A stretch of 64,000 bases of DNA from Mobula hypostoma. Its lineage: Eukaryota. The notes beneath the pieces are model-generated. The model did not search any database and was not told the origin of the DNA. It was given only the letters and a program-made list of their open reading frames with translations. This document shows, in pieces, positions 13,112 to 26,387 of the stretch (positions within the stretch are counted from its first letter, which is position 1; each line of letters starts with the position of its first letter). The position numbers and the translations under genes were made by a program. Location of the stretch: assembly GCF_963921235.1 (NCBI RefSeq), contig NC_086108.1, forward strand, positions 28,150,001 to 28,214,000, in the 5' to 3' direction.

Positions 13112-13995
13112 TGTCCATTTGTCGCCCCCATCCCTCCCCAACGACCTCCCTCCTGGCACTTATCCTTGTAAGCGGAACAAGTGCTACACATGCCCTTACA
13201 CTTCCTCCCTCACTACCATTCAGGGCCCCAGACAGTCCTTCCAGGTGAGGCAATACTTCACCTGTGAGTCACCTGGGGTGATATACTGCGTCCGGTGCTC
13301 CCGATGCAGCCTTCTATATATTGGTGATACCCAACACAAGCTGGGAGACCGTTTCGCTGAACATCTATGCTCTGTCCGCCAGAGAAAGCAGGATCTCCCA
13401 GTGGCCACACATTTTAATTCCACGTCCTATTCCCATTGTGATATGTGTATCCACGGCCTCCTCTACTGTCAAGATGAAGCCACACTCAGGTTGGAGGAAC
13501 AACACCTTATATTCCATCTGGGTAGCCTCCAACCTGATGGCATGAACATTGACTTCTCTAGCTTCCATTAATGCCCCACCTCCCCCTCGTACCCCATCCG
13601 TTATTTATTTATATATGTATTCTTTTTCTCTCTCTCCTTTTTCTCCCTGTGTCCCTCTCACTATACTCCTTGCCCATCCTCTGGGCTTCCCCCCTCCTCC
13701 TTTCTTTCTCCCTAGGCCTCCCATTCATGATCTCTCATATCCCTTTTGCCAATCACCTGTTCAGCTCTTGGCTCCATCCCTCCCCCTCCTGTCTTCTCCT
13801 ATCACTTCAGATCTCCCCCTCCCCCTTCCACTTTCAAATATCTTACTAGCTCTTCTTTCAGTTAGTCCTGATGAAGGGTCTCGGCCCGAAACGTCGACTG
13901 TACCTCTTTCTAGAGATGCTGCCTGGCCTGCTGCGTTCACCAGCAACTTTTATGTGTGTTGCTTGAAATTTCAGCATCTGCAGATTTCCTCGTGT
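13112..13995 (+). mobile_element. Penelope-like element (Neptune-type) 3' part: Cys-rich linker, GIY-YIG endonuclease, pLTR
   Basis: PCKRNKCYTC linker, VIYCVRCSRCSLLYIG, RFAEH, PVATHFN and LQPDGMN motifs; 11-bp TSD ttctgtagcct (13101-13111 and 13996-14006). Confidence 0.92.
13864..13899 (+). ncRNA. Minimal type I hammerhead ribozyme (PLE pLTR)
   Basis: agtc-CTGATGA-a-ggg-tctcgg-ccc-GAAA-cg-TC^-gact; predicted cleavage between 13895 and 13896. Confidence 0.85.
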
Positions 13996-15048
13996 TTCTG
14001 TAGCCTAAGGCCACTTGTTCTATGTAGAAAGAAAATCATGAAGTAACTCCTTGGTGATTATACTTGAGACTGCACTGTGGTTAGTGACTAGGAGAGACAT
14101 AAATCGATTCTGCACTCAATATATTTTGCTGGAGAAATAATCCTGCTTTTATTGTGAAGCTTTTGCTGTGGTGTCCAGCATAAATCCTGCTTGCTAATGT
14201 TGCAAAGACCTTTTTAAAATCAGCCTCACTGCTGTGCATACTCCACAGCCCTGGTATTAGCAGCACGTAATACAGACAAAGAAGCATAATCAATCTTTAA
14301 CTGCCACCCCCCCCCCCGCATTATCCCACTCGCTGCATGACCACATCAACCCTAATCCTAGCCTATCACAGATAGTCAACTCATCCCATCCTTCCATTCC
14401 AGTTTTGTAATCTCTCTTTCTTAGTTCTTGGACTTGAAGTATTAAAGAAAAGCAGAAAATGCTGAAAATATCTCAGCAGCCCAGGGCACATCTGTGGGAA
14501 CAGAAACAGAGTCAATGTTTTAGGTTGGAAACACTTGTCAAAACCCAAGGCAAACTCTCCTTCTTTCCCCACAGAAGCAACCTGATTTGTTGAGTACTTC
14601 CAGCATTTTCTGTTTCTGTTTGAGTTGTCCCAACTGCAGTATTTTTGATTCTCTTTTTAAACAAATGGTTTGTTACGAGTCTTTAGCATGGCAGAGGTGT
14701 CAATAATTTAAAGTAAGTTTGTACACAGTGTTAAGACCACAAACGCATATTGTCAGTTGTGGGAAAAAAGAGACTGTGATAGTATGTTAAGTTGAAAAAC
14801 AATTATGTACACTCAAATTTACATTAATCGTCATAGCATGGTTGCGAGCAAACCTGGGATTTGAAATCTTATTCTAATCCCTGGGCACATTTAATGGTAG
14901 AACTCAAAATAACACACAGATTTTTTTTTCCTGCTACTTGATACACTTTTCTTAATAATTGCATCTTTTCTTGACACTTGATACAGATTCTCACAGCAAA
15001 CAAATATCAATGCAATAATATCAAGAAAATAGTTGAAAGATGCATAGA

Positions 15049-15135
15049 CACATCAAAGTTGCTGGTGAACGCAGCAGGCCAAGCAGCATCTATAGGAAGA
15101 GGCGCAGTCGACGTTTCAGGCCGAGACACTTCGTC
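15049..15135 (-). mobile_element. 87-bp Penelope pLTR/hammerhead micro-insertion
   Basis: Near-identical to 2777-2864; flanked by a 12-bp direct repeat aagatgcataga (15037-15048 and 15136-15147). Confidence 0.9.
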
Positions 15136-16699
15136 AAGATGCATAGATCTTTAATTCTATTTACCGTGTAAGTTTAAACACACATGAACCATACTCCGAC
15201 TCCTGCAGAGGTTAGAAGACTAAAAAAAAATCCTTAAAATAATGTCTGTAAACTCTTTCCCAGGAGACTTGGGATGATATTGTTAATAGAATTAATTGAG
15301 GGAATGAGGAGAGGAGATAATGGGCAAATAACAGGAGTTGGGGGTAGACACAGACGCTGGTAGAAGAGCTGTGTGGATCGCAGAACAGAAGCTGTCAACT
15401 AAGTAGAAAAGACATTTATTGGTGGGAAGGGGGCTTTCCAATACCCAAACGGAAGAATGACATTATAGCATCCAGGGATTTGAAGAAAAGTATCTGGTTG
15501 TATTAACAGGATACTAAATATTTAGGCTTCTACCACTCTGGTTACCATTCTGCTTGAGTAAATCAATGATAATTTATTAGTTGTTTTCAGAAATGAATAA
15601 GAAGTGTAATTTAATCCATTGTAAATACTTTGACAGAGGAAACAACTATTAAAGATCGAAGATTAAGTTTAAAGATTAGCTTTGTCACGTGTACTGTACA
15701 TCAAAACAGAGCAAAATGCATAGTTCTGCAATAAAACAAATCAGCGAGGATTGTCCCGGGCCATCTGAAGTTTCGCCCTTCTGGCATCAATATAGCGTGC
15801 CCACAACTCAATAATAACCTTAACTGCACATCTTTGAAGTGTGAGAGGAGTCCAGAGGAACCAGAAAGAAACCCACATGGTCACATGGACAATGTATGAG
15901 CTCCTTACAGACACTGGAAGGAATCAAACCCCATTCGTTCAGCTGGCACTTTATAGAGCCATTATGCTACCATGCCACATGTACCTAAGAAGTTCTTTTT
16001 CATTAGAAAGGTAGCACAGCTGGGAACCTGTAGTCTGACATTTCTGTACTATACGGGAACTTTAGGGTGTCCCAGCATAGTTGCAGCAAGCTTCCTCACA
16101 AATGGAGGTTGGAGTTTGGATGGAATTGGTTGGAAGTTTTGCTCAAACTAGTTGGATAGCTATGTCGAGAGGAGTTGATTAGCCTCTCTTATTTGAGATA
16201 ACAATAACCAAGCAGTAAGAGTTAAGTGAAGAAACATTGCTCAGAAAATTGACATTGTAACAGAACATGTTTATGTAACCCCCATCTCCCTGCTCCTCAG
16301 CCTTGAAAATCCAGTCCTCATGCTAAGCCAAGCATGAAAGTCTCTTTCAGTGGAACCAAAGAGCTGAGTATGTGTACAACTAAGCCACAATTAGAACAGC
16401 AGAAAGGCTTTGAATAAGGAGACTTACAAATTGCAGAAATGAGAGCAGCTGCTAGTCTATTTTTAAAACAGGAAGAAGTTTGGTTAGAAGTTAAAATTGC
16501 GAAGTAGTTAGGAATGGTATTTGTCGTGAAGGAAAATTCAGTTCTCATCTTATTTTTGGGTGGTTTAAAGTCCCAAAAATTGAAAAGCTGAGTTTTTTTC
16601 CTGCCCTGGTGCTTGTTACAAACATGTCCGAGGCCACTGATGTAGTTTACCGTCTACATTCAGTCTCCACGACTGAGACTTCATCTGTTTTGTTTTCCT

Positions 16700-17790
16700 T
16701 CATCGGAACTGGAAAGGAAGGAGGCAGAAGCCAGAAAAAGAATGTGTAGAGAGGGGAAGAAGTGCAAACAGGCAGGTGATAAGTGAGACCAGGTGGTAGG
16801 GGTGTGGGGGCGGGGGGGAACGCAGAATGAAGTCAGAAACTAGGTGGGGTAGGTGGAAGAGGTTGAAGAGGAATCTAAAAGGAGAGGACTGTGGACCATG
16901 GAAGAAAGGGAAAGAGGAGGGGAACTAGAAAGAGATGATGGACAGGTGAGGGAAAGACAAGGGGTGAGTGGGTAACTAGAATAGGGAATGGAAAAACAGA
17001 GGAGGAAGGGGGAGAAATTATTAGAAGTTAGAGAAATTGATGTACATACCATTTAGATCACAAGCTACCCAGACAGAATATGAGGTGTTAGGTCCTCCAA
17101 CCAGAGTTTTGCCTCAGCTTGGCAGTAAGGGAGACCACAGACATGTCAGAATGGGAATAGGAAGCTACATTGAAATGTGTAACCACCAGGAGATCCTATC
17201 CTTTAAAGCACACAGAGCATATGTGTGTGATGAAGTCGGTGGCCTCCTCTACTACCGCAAAGAGGCCAAACTTAAGTTGGAGGAGCAACACCTCATATTC
17301 TGTCTGGGTAGCTTACACTCTAGTTGCATAAGCATTGATTTCTCAAACTTCTGGTAATTACTCCCCCAACCCCATTTTCTGCTTTTTCATTCCCCGTTCA
17401 AGTTACCCTCTCTACCGTTCTTTTCTCCTTACCTGCCCATCACCTTCCTCTGGTTCCTTTCCTCCTTTCCTTTCTTCCATGGTCTACTGTCATCTCCTAT
17501 TAGATTCCTTCTTCAACCTCTTCTACCTATTCCCTCCCAGCTTCTCACTTTCTGCCACCACCAACCTTTTCTCACACCGGGACTCACCTATCACCTTCCA
17601 GTTTATACACCTTACCCAACTTTGTTCCAGCTTCTGCCCCCTTCCTTTCCAGTCCTGATGAAGAGTCTCAGTCCAAACCTTCAACTGTTTATTTCCTTCC
17701 AAGGATGCTGCATGACTTGCTGAGTTCCTCAAGCAATTTGTGTGTGTTGCCTCAAGTTTTCCAGTATCTGCAGAATCTCTTGTGTTTCTG
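16700..17790. mobile_element. Old Penelope-like element with inverted arrangement (minus arm ~16700-17220, plus arm ~17240-17790)
   Basis: LKLEEQHLIFCLGSL on the + strand, a purine-rich mirror arm on the left, and a decayed hammerhead agtcctgatgaagagtc at ~17651. Confidence 0.75.
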
Positions 17791-18950
17791 TCTTGTTTTA
17801 GGGAATTCCTCCACATTAAGAACTGGTTCCATTTCTAACCATGTCCATAAACCCATTTTGTCCATAATGTGAAAATTTAAAAAAAATCAATATGGTAACC
17901 ATACCTCTAAAGTATTGTAAGGAATAGTGTTGATAAGGCTAGTTAACATGAATAATTATTTATTGTCTTCTCCTGCCTCGTTACAATGGCACAGAATCAG
18001 GATGTGCCCCACACTCACTGGCTGGTTTTGATGGGTTTAAGTTTCAATGGATGTTACATTGTTTAACTAAGTATCAATAGAAACCAGTACCTGTCAATTT
18101 CCAAAACAACTCTGTAGAGTTACATCCTGTGGTGAAACTGGCAGCCTATCTACTTAAGAAACAATTATGCCTGAATACTGCAGGGTGATTACATGTGGAC
18201 AAATCTCTCCCCTCCAAGATAACTATTAGTTTTAATTTAATTTTAATAATATCTATGGGAACTTAATCATATATATAGGATGACTATGCGTTGGGTGGAG
18301 GTCCCATAAATTCTAACCCAAATATCAAGTGAAGGACAATCACTTGCACTGTACACTGTACACTGTCCAACAAACTCCTTAAAAGATGAACAGCTTTGAT
18401 TGGACATGGAGCATCCAAGCACATGGCTGTCCTCAGTAAGTTTATGGATTCCACATCAACACTCAAAAGAATGTTTCAGTTCCCAAGTACTTTCAGATAT
18501 CTTGAAGTGAAAAGGTATTCTACAAGTAAACTTTTCAACAGTTCCATATATATCAAGCATGAAAGGCTAACTGCTCATGTATGTTTATCTAGGCATCTGC
18601 AGTTTATTGGAGTGCTTTAATAAGTGCTTTTGCAATTCATTATGTTTGTTTTGGTCCTTTCAACCAATATTGAGCAGGTGGTTCAATCAATTATCAGTCA
18701 AATTATTTAACCACTACTTTCCCTAAAGGCTCAAGAGTTATGATTTCAGACCTGCGATTTTAAGGGTGACTGTGTATCTGCTTTATTCGTATTAAGAATT
18801 CAGATTAATTTCCGTTTCCTTTGGCAATTAATCAATTATCACATGAGTTGAATCAAAGTCAGAATCAGCCTGCCACCAACACACCATAGCATTAGTTTCA
18901 TTCACCTACCAAGTCATTATCTCTACTGTCAGTAAGGTGGCCCTCAAATT

Positions 18951-21360
18951 AGAGTCATAGAGCATTACAGCACAGAAACATGTCCTTTGGCCCATCTAAT
19001 CAATGCCAAACTATTATTCAGCCTAGTCCCATTGACCTCCACCCAGTTCATAGCTCTCCATACCCCTGCTATCCATGTATCTATCCGAATTTCTCTTAAA
19101 TGTTGAAATCAAACCTATATCCACCACTTCTGCTGGCAGCTAATTCCACACTCTCACCACCCATTGAGTGAAGAAGTTCCACCTCGTTCCTGTTAAACTG
19201 TTCACTTTTCAACCTTAACTCATGGACCTCTAGCTGTAGTCTCACCAACTTCAGTGGAAAAAGTCTGCTTGCATTTACCTTATCTATACACATCATAATT
19301 TTGTGTACTATATCAAATCTTCCCTCTTCCTCCTATGCTTAAGGAATAAAGTCCTAAACTATTCAACTTTTGTCTATACTCAAAACCTCAAGTCCTGGCA
19401 ACATCCTTGTAAATTTTCTTTGCACTCTGTCAATCTTATTGACATCCTTCCTGTAGGTAGGTGACCAAAATTGCGCACAATAATCCAAATTAGGCCTCAC
19501 CAACGTCTTGTACAACTTCAACATAATATCTCAACTCTTGTACTCAATACTTTGATTTATGGAGGACAATATGCCAAAATCTCTCCTTATGACCCTATCT
19601 ACCAGTGACTCCACTTTCACGGAATTATGGATCTGTATTCACAGATTCCTCTATTCACCATACTCCTCAGTGTACTGCTCACTGGTAAAGTCTTGCCCTG
19701 GTTTGCTCTCCCAAAATCCAACACTTTGCACAGCAGCATTAAATTTCACCTGCCATTTTTCAGCCCATTTCACCAACTGGTCCAGATCCCACTGGAAGCT
19801 TTGATAGTCTTCCTCACTGTCCAATACACCCCCATCTTAGTATCTTCTGCAAATTTGCTGATCCAGTTTACCACATTATCATTCCAGATCATTGATATAG
19901 ATGACAAACAACACAGATCCAGCACTAATTCCTGTGGCACACCACAAGTAACACACCTCCAGTCAGAGAGGCAACCACTACCACCACACTCTGGCTTCTG
20001 CTGCGAACCCTATATCTAATCCAATATACTATCTTGCTTCGAATGCCAAGCGACTGAATTTTCATGACCAACCTCCCATACATGACCTTGTCAAAGGGCG
20101 TGCTAAATTCCATGTAGACACCATCTACTGCCTTGTCTTCATCTGCTTTCTTGGTAACTTCCTCAGAACTCTATAATATTGGTTAGACACTACCTGCTAT
20201 GCACAAAGCCAGGTTGACTGTACCTAATCAGCCCCTGTCTATCTAAATACTTATATACCTGGATTATTAGAATACTTTTCAATAACTTACCCACTGCTGA
20301 AGTCAGGCTCTCTAGCCTATAATTTCCTGGTTTAATCAGAAGAAAATTAGCTAATCTCCAATCCTCTGGCACATCACCTGTGGTTAAAGACATTTAAAAT
20401 ATTTCTGCTAGGGTCCCTGAAATTTCTGCACTAGCCTCCCACAGGAACTGAGGGAAGAACTCATCAGACTTCGAAGATTTATCCAGCCTAATGTGCCTCA
20501 AGACAGCAAACACCTCCTCCTCTGTAATTGTATGTGGTCCATGACCTCACTGCTGCTTTGCCTCACTTCTATAGACTCTGTCTGTCTCCAGAGTAAATAC
20601 AGATGCAAAAAATTCATTTATGATCTGCCCTATCTCTTTTGTCTCCATGCATAGTTGACCACTCCGATCTTCCAGAGGACCAATTTTGTCCCTTGGTATC
20701 CTTTTCCTCTTAATATAGGAACTTGTAGAAACACTTGGGATTCTCCCTCACCTTGTCTGCCTCAGCAATCTCGTGCCTTCTTTTAGCCCACCTGATTTCC
20801 TTTTTAAGTGATCTCCTGCATCTCTAATACTCCACAAATATCTCATTTGCTCCTTCCTGCCTATAACTGCTATGCACATCTTTCTTCTTCTTAACCAGGG
20901 CCTCAATATCTCTTGAAAACCAACTTTCACGAAACCTGTTATCCTTGCCTTTTATTCTGACAATTATGATCATTAGGTGCAAAGAGTTCCCCCGCACAAA
21001 CTTCTGTCACCTGCCCTCCCTCATTCCCTAATAGGAGGTCTAGAATCACACTCTCTCCAGTTACAACTTCCGTATACTGATTAAGGAAACTTTCCTGAAC
21101 GACTGTAATAAACTCTATCCCATCCAGCTTTTTTACAATTTGGGACTCTCAGTCATATGTGGAAAGCTAAAATCATCTACTGTCACAACTTTATGTTTCT
21201 TGTAAAAATCTGCGATCTCTCTGAACATTTCCTCTGCTAAATCCCATGGACTGCTGGGTGGTCTATAATGCAATTCCATTAAAATGGTCATCCTTTTCTT
21301 ATTCCCCAGTTCCACCATATAGCTTCAGTAGATGAGCTCTCCAGTCTGACCTGTCTGAAC
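18951..21360 (-). mobile_element. Old, internally deleted CR1 LINE
   Basis: Fragmentary ORFs YRPPSS (APE), VPEDWR, GNYR..SLTSAVGK and FDKV; CR1 3' UTR at the left end. Confidence 0.85.
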
Positions 21361-22488
21361 ATAATTGTCAGGGTTATTTCAGTTAGGTTGAATGAGAAAC
21401 AAGGAGAATTTCTGTCTGAGAAGTACTTATTTTGCTGGGCTTTTTTTTAGTGTCAGATACAATAATGTTTCAGTTTGTGCAATGGTTATTGGAGATAAAA
21501 TCTAAACTGTACTGTCTTCAGTCATCTGTACTTGTATTGTAAAGGCACTGATATGCTCAGTGGGAATGAGTGATTAAACCAAGTTAAAATGTCACACATC
21601 CAGGCCAATGCATCTAAAACAACCAAGCAATTAAAGACAGAGAGTCACTGATTTCAAAGTTTAAATTTTATAAAAAGGGATTGAGGAATTAAGGCTTTAC
21701 TTAACTTCAGCATGACTCCAATAGACTGAGTAGAATTAATGTTAGATGCAGATTATTCTAGTGGCTAATGCCTCATTGTCACGTTGCATCTTGTCATTGT
21801 AACTGATGGGTGTTTCTGAGTCACGTTCCATGTTGCAATGCAATGCATCCACAAACAAATGATTTATTAATTCTTGTAAGTTCCCTTTTGTTGACCTAAG
21901 CATGCCTCGGATTTGTTGACAATTCTATTTTTAAACAGCTGGAAGACGTTTTATTACTTTTCCTGTTAATCACTTGATAAAAGTTGTACAGATAGCATGT
22001 TTGTAATTGAAGATAGAAAGAAGGCTGGGTGATGTCAGCAAGACTTCTGTCACATCATGTTTATAAGGCAGCTTCAGGAAATGGCCAGACCCACTGGGCT
22101 AGAAACAATAAGGAGGGAAATTGGGATTAGAGTGATTATGATAAACCCTGGAAATAATGCAATTTTTTTCCTGTTGCTTTCCTATTTTTATTTTAAGTCC
22201 ATAATTAATTTGTTTATTTTATTTGCAGATTTGCTCAATGCCTTTCTTGCATTTTATTTTTGCTTTAGTTCTTTCTGAATTTTGGTTTCATTGGAATATT
22301 CAAGACTGATCGCATGGTGACCAGGTTACCAGACTCATAGTCGTAGATCTAGATCCCCTGAGCTGGAAACTGAAGTTGAACTACAACATCACAACTGGGG
22401 AATTTGTTCATAAACTTTCCTGTCATACGTGTATTTTCTGATATCTATCAGGAAATCTGTTATAATCAGGCTTATTATCGTTGACATA

Positions 22489-23007
22489 TACCCAGTGGCC
22501 ATGTTATTAGGAACCTCCTGTACCAAATAAAGTGACCATTGAGCGCATGTTCATGGTCTTCTGCTGCCGTAGTCCATCCACTTCAAGGTTCAACATGTTG
22601 TGCATTCAGAGATGCTCTTCTGTACACCACTGTTGGAACATGTGATTATTTGAATTACTGTCACCTTCCAATCAGCTTGAACCAGTCTGACCTCTCTCAT
22701 TAACAAGGCATTTTTCTCACAAAACTGCAGCTCACTGGATGTTTTTTTCCCTGTTTTTTTGCATCATTTTTTGTAAACTATAGGAATTGATGTGTATGAA
22801 AATCCCAGCGGTTTCTGAGTTACTTAAACCACCCATTCTGTCACCAACAATCATTCCACGGTTAAAGTCACTTAGATCTCATTTCTGATGTTTGGTCTGA
22901 ACACCAAGTGAACCTCTTGACCATGTCTACATGCTCTTGTGCATTGAGTTGCGGCCACGATTGGCCGGTTAGATGTTTGCATTAATGAACAGGTGTACAG
23001 GCGTACC
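22489..23007 (-). mobile_element. Tc1-derived non-autonomous transposon, one TIR lost
   Basis: Starts with TIR-like cccagtggccatgttattagg; homologous to 45593-46130. Confidence 0.8.
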
Positions 23008-23229
23008 ATGACATTCCACTGTATGCATGTCATGAAAGTTGTTGTTTTTTCGTCAGTAGTACAGTGCAAGACAAAAGATTCTGTAAGTTACTAATTCTAA
23101 AGTAGTGCAGAAGCGGAATAGTGAGGTAACTAACATTCATAGAGCATTCAGAAATCTGATAGCACAAAAGAGGAAACAGATCCTAAAACATTGAGTGTGG
23201 GTCTTCGTGTACCAATATTTTAGACTCTT

Positions 23230-24110
23230 AGGACACAAGAGATTCTTCAGATGCTGGAAAAGTAGACCAACACACACAAACTGCTGGAGCAATTCAGCAA
23301 GTTAGGCAGCTTCAATGGAGGGTCAAAACTTTTCATCAGGACTGGAAAGGAAGGGGACAAAAGCCAAAAAAAGAAATGAAGGAGGGGAAGGAGTACAGAT
23401 TAGTAGGTGAAACCAGTTGAGGAGTAAAGGTGGGTGGATGAGAGAGGGGGAATGATGTGAGAAGCTGTAAGGTGATCGGTGGAAGAGGTAAAGGGCTAAA
23501 GAAGAGGGAACCTGATAGGAGAGGACAGTGGACCATGAAACAAAGAGAGGAAGATGGAGAACCAGAGTGAGGTGATGAGCAGGTGAGTCGAAGAGAATGG
23601 GTGAGAGGGGTATGAAAAATGAGAGAAGGAGAGAGGGGAAGAAATTACTGGAAGTTAGATTGGAGGCCACTCAGATGGAAAAGGAGATTTTGCACCTCCA
23701 TCCTGAGTTTGATCTCATCTTGGCAGTAGAAGAGGCCATAAACAGACATGACAGAATGGGAATGGTAGGTCAAATTGAATTGTGTAACCACCAGGAGGGC
23801 CTGACTTTTGTAGTCAACAGAGTGGAGGTGCTGAACAAGGCCATCCTCTAATCTGCATCTGTTTTATCGATGTAGAAGAGGTCATATTAGGAACATACAT
23901 ACAATAGATGACACTGACAGATTTACAGGTGAGGAGTCACCTCAGTGGGAAGAGTTGTTTGGGGTCCAGAATGCTGGTGAGGGGCAGATGGAGCACTTTT
24001 GATGTGTGAGGAGGGAGTTGAATGGGGAGGGATAAGTGGACATGGAAAGCCGAGGGTTAGGGACAGGGAAGGATGTACTTAGTGGTAGGATCCTGATGGA
24101 GATAGCAGAA
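23230..24110 (-). mobile_element. Old Penelope-like element 3' part
   Basis: pLTR start (acacaagagattcttcagatgctgg), a purine-rich tract, and a decayed endonuclease region homologous to 13112-13995. Confidence 0.75.
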
Positions 24111-24869
24111 ATTACGGAGCATTTTGTTTGTGTTAGACTGTCAGGAAATGTCTTTCTTATCTGCCCTCTCTATTAATGGAGCAATTAACAATGGCTGCTC
24201 AATGCTGATACACGAAACTAGATGCCTGAGTCTGGAACAAGACGGAGGAGCTCAGTGGGTCGAGGAGCATTTGTGTGGGAGGTAAGGAGTTACTGATGTC
24301 TTGGATTCCAATGCAAGGTTTAGACCTGAAACATTGACAATTCCTTTCTGCCCACAGACGCTGCTCGGCACGCTGAATTACTCCAGCAGAATTTTTGTTG
24401 CCTCAGCCTTTGCTGACTTTACCAGTAATGTCCGCATAATATGAGTGAATTATAAAATAACAAAATGTGCTGTCACGGCCAGAGTTTGGCACTTTCTTTT
24501 CAGAAAATAATGGGTTAGGTAGCTGGGTCACAACTGTGAAATTGGGTTTCAAACACATTTTGAAAGCTACTTAAAAATTAACCCAAAATATTGGCTGTGG
24601 TGTTGGTGTGAAGATCTAATAAAACCTCTCTATCATTACCTGTTCTGAACTAGCACAAGTAGTGGAATTTCTCACTGCAGCAGTAAGGATGGGTCCAATA
24701 TTGGTCTTTGAGCATGCGTGAAATTACCGCATAATTACAGCACAAGATGTGTACGATGCACTTTCGGTCAACATCTTCTAGATAGATCATGAAACCATAT
24801 ATTTCACTTCTTTTATGTCTTTTACATTTGGTTTTCATCTTGAATGTGATTCTGGAACTGTTGGAGCCT

Positions 24870-25602
24870 ATGATTTGCTGTTTGAAGATCGTTTGGGTAT
24901 TGCAGCGCTCTGTAGTCTCTGAAACGTTTCTGGGAGGTGGAAATGGCGATCAGAGGCAAACTGCTGGACATTATACGGGCATACTTTTTGACTCCATTTT
25001 GCCGAGGTAAATACAGAAGTTTGGACATCGTTTTGGTGTTTCAGTGCTCTGCAGTCTCTGCGAAGATTCCGGAAGGCAGAAATAGTGTACGTGAACCTCG
25101 TGGTGAGAAGAGAAGGCTGCAGGACGGGGCATGAGCTGTGTTCATGGCGATTTTGCTGATTAAAGCTTCCATTCTCCAATCAAAGCGACGAGGGAGAGGG
25201 AAGCATTGAGACAAATGTGGAAGGTGAGCGCCGATCACTGGGGATTGCACTGTGACTTGAGAGGGGACAGCTTGCCACTATGCCCAGAGAATGTTACCCA
25301 GGTTTTCTGTATTTTAGATATGGACTTGGAATATAAACTTTTTTTCAGTTTTTTTTTATATTACGTGTTTTTCACTGAATCTTTCAAGTTTTTTTTGGGT
25401 GAGGTTTTGGGGGACTTGGGGGCTGATGTGCCTGTTTCATTTTTGCTCGTACTTTTCTGTGGGGAGGGGGGATTTGGGGGTTGATGGTCACGCTGCTGTT
25501 TTTTTTCTTTCTCGGTTTTGCAGCTATCTGGAGAAGAAGAATTTCAGAGTTGTACACTTCGATAATAAATGAACCTTTGAACGTTTGAATCTTGAACCTT
25601 TG
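24870..25602 (+). mobile_element. Non-coding retroposon with Rex1-like 3' tail
   Basis: Ends gataataaatgaacctttgaacgtttgaatcttgaacctttga; diverged internal repeat (~24881-24946 vs ~25021-25086). The 5' boundary is uncertain. Confidence 0.55.
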
Positions 25603-26387
25603 AGCCATATTCTTGTTCATCATAATTCAATCTTCTCAAAAAGTGTGATGTTATCACTGTAATATTGTCTTGATGATTGTGTTATAAGTATTACAGTGAT
25701 AACATCATACTTCTTGAAAAGATTGAAAAATAGACTGTTAAGAAATAGGATTCTATTTTATATTTGAATTCCTTGATCATTTGAGTAGTTTTGGACATTT
25801 CCTCTAGTCTAAATGGTGGTGCCCAAACCTTGCAGAGACTCTGTCCCAGTACAGTGCCCTTCCCACTGTGGTAGCTTTGCTGAGAGAGTGAATCCACTGA
25901 CTTCCCTTTTGTTGAAAGCCTTTCTATTGAAGTAGATTTGATCGCAGACAGCGGTTTCATTTCCTTCAGATAAACCCAGCTGATTCTTCTCAGAAGTTTG
26001 TTAATGGTCTTTCTGTTCACTGAGTTTAAAGGAAGGGTGGTAATTTTCGAGCCATGGACTCAGCAAGACAGAGACAAGGAACTGGCATTTCTGAGGTTGC
26101 GAAAAGAGTAGTTTTCTCAGGATAAAATGTTATCCATATAAGGAGCAAAAGGCCAATTGCACAGATTAAAATCAGTAATAGTAGTGCAGTTCATAGACAG
26201 CTCCGTTGACCCAGGTTTGATCCCAACGCTGTGTGTGTAGTTTGCATGTTCTCCTTGTGATCATGTGGATTTCCTCTGGCTACTCTGGTTTCCTCCCACA
26301 CGCCGAAAATGTGCATACGATAGATTAATTGACCCCTCATGTTAGAGCTGTATTTTTCGAGAACCTGGTGGGAACTGAACCTCCTGG

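Noticed and set aside
12993..13571. 192-aa ORF as a domesticated GIY-YIG nuclease
   Set aside because: It is a truncated Penelope copy bounded by a TSD; the N-terminus is flanking DNA, and the conserved YIGET is altered to YIGDT.
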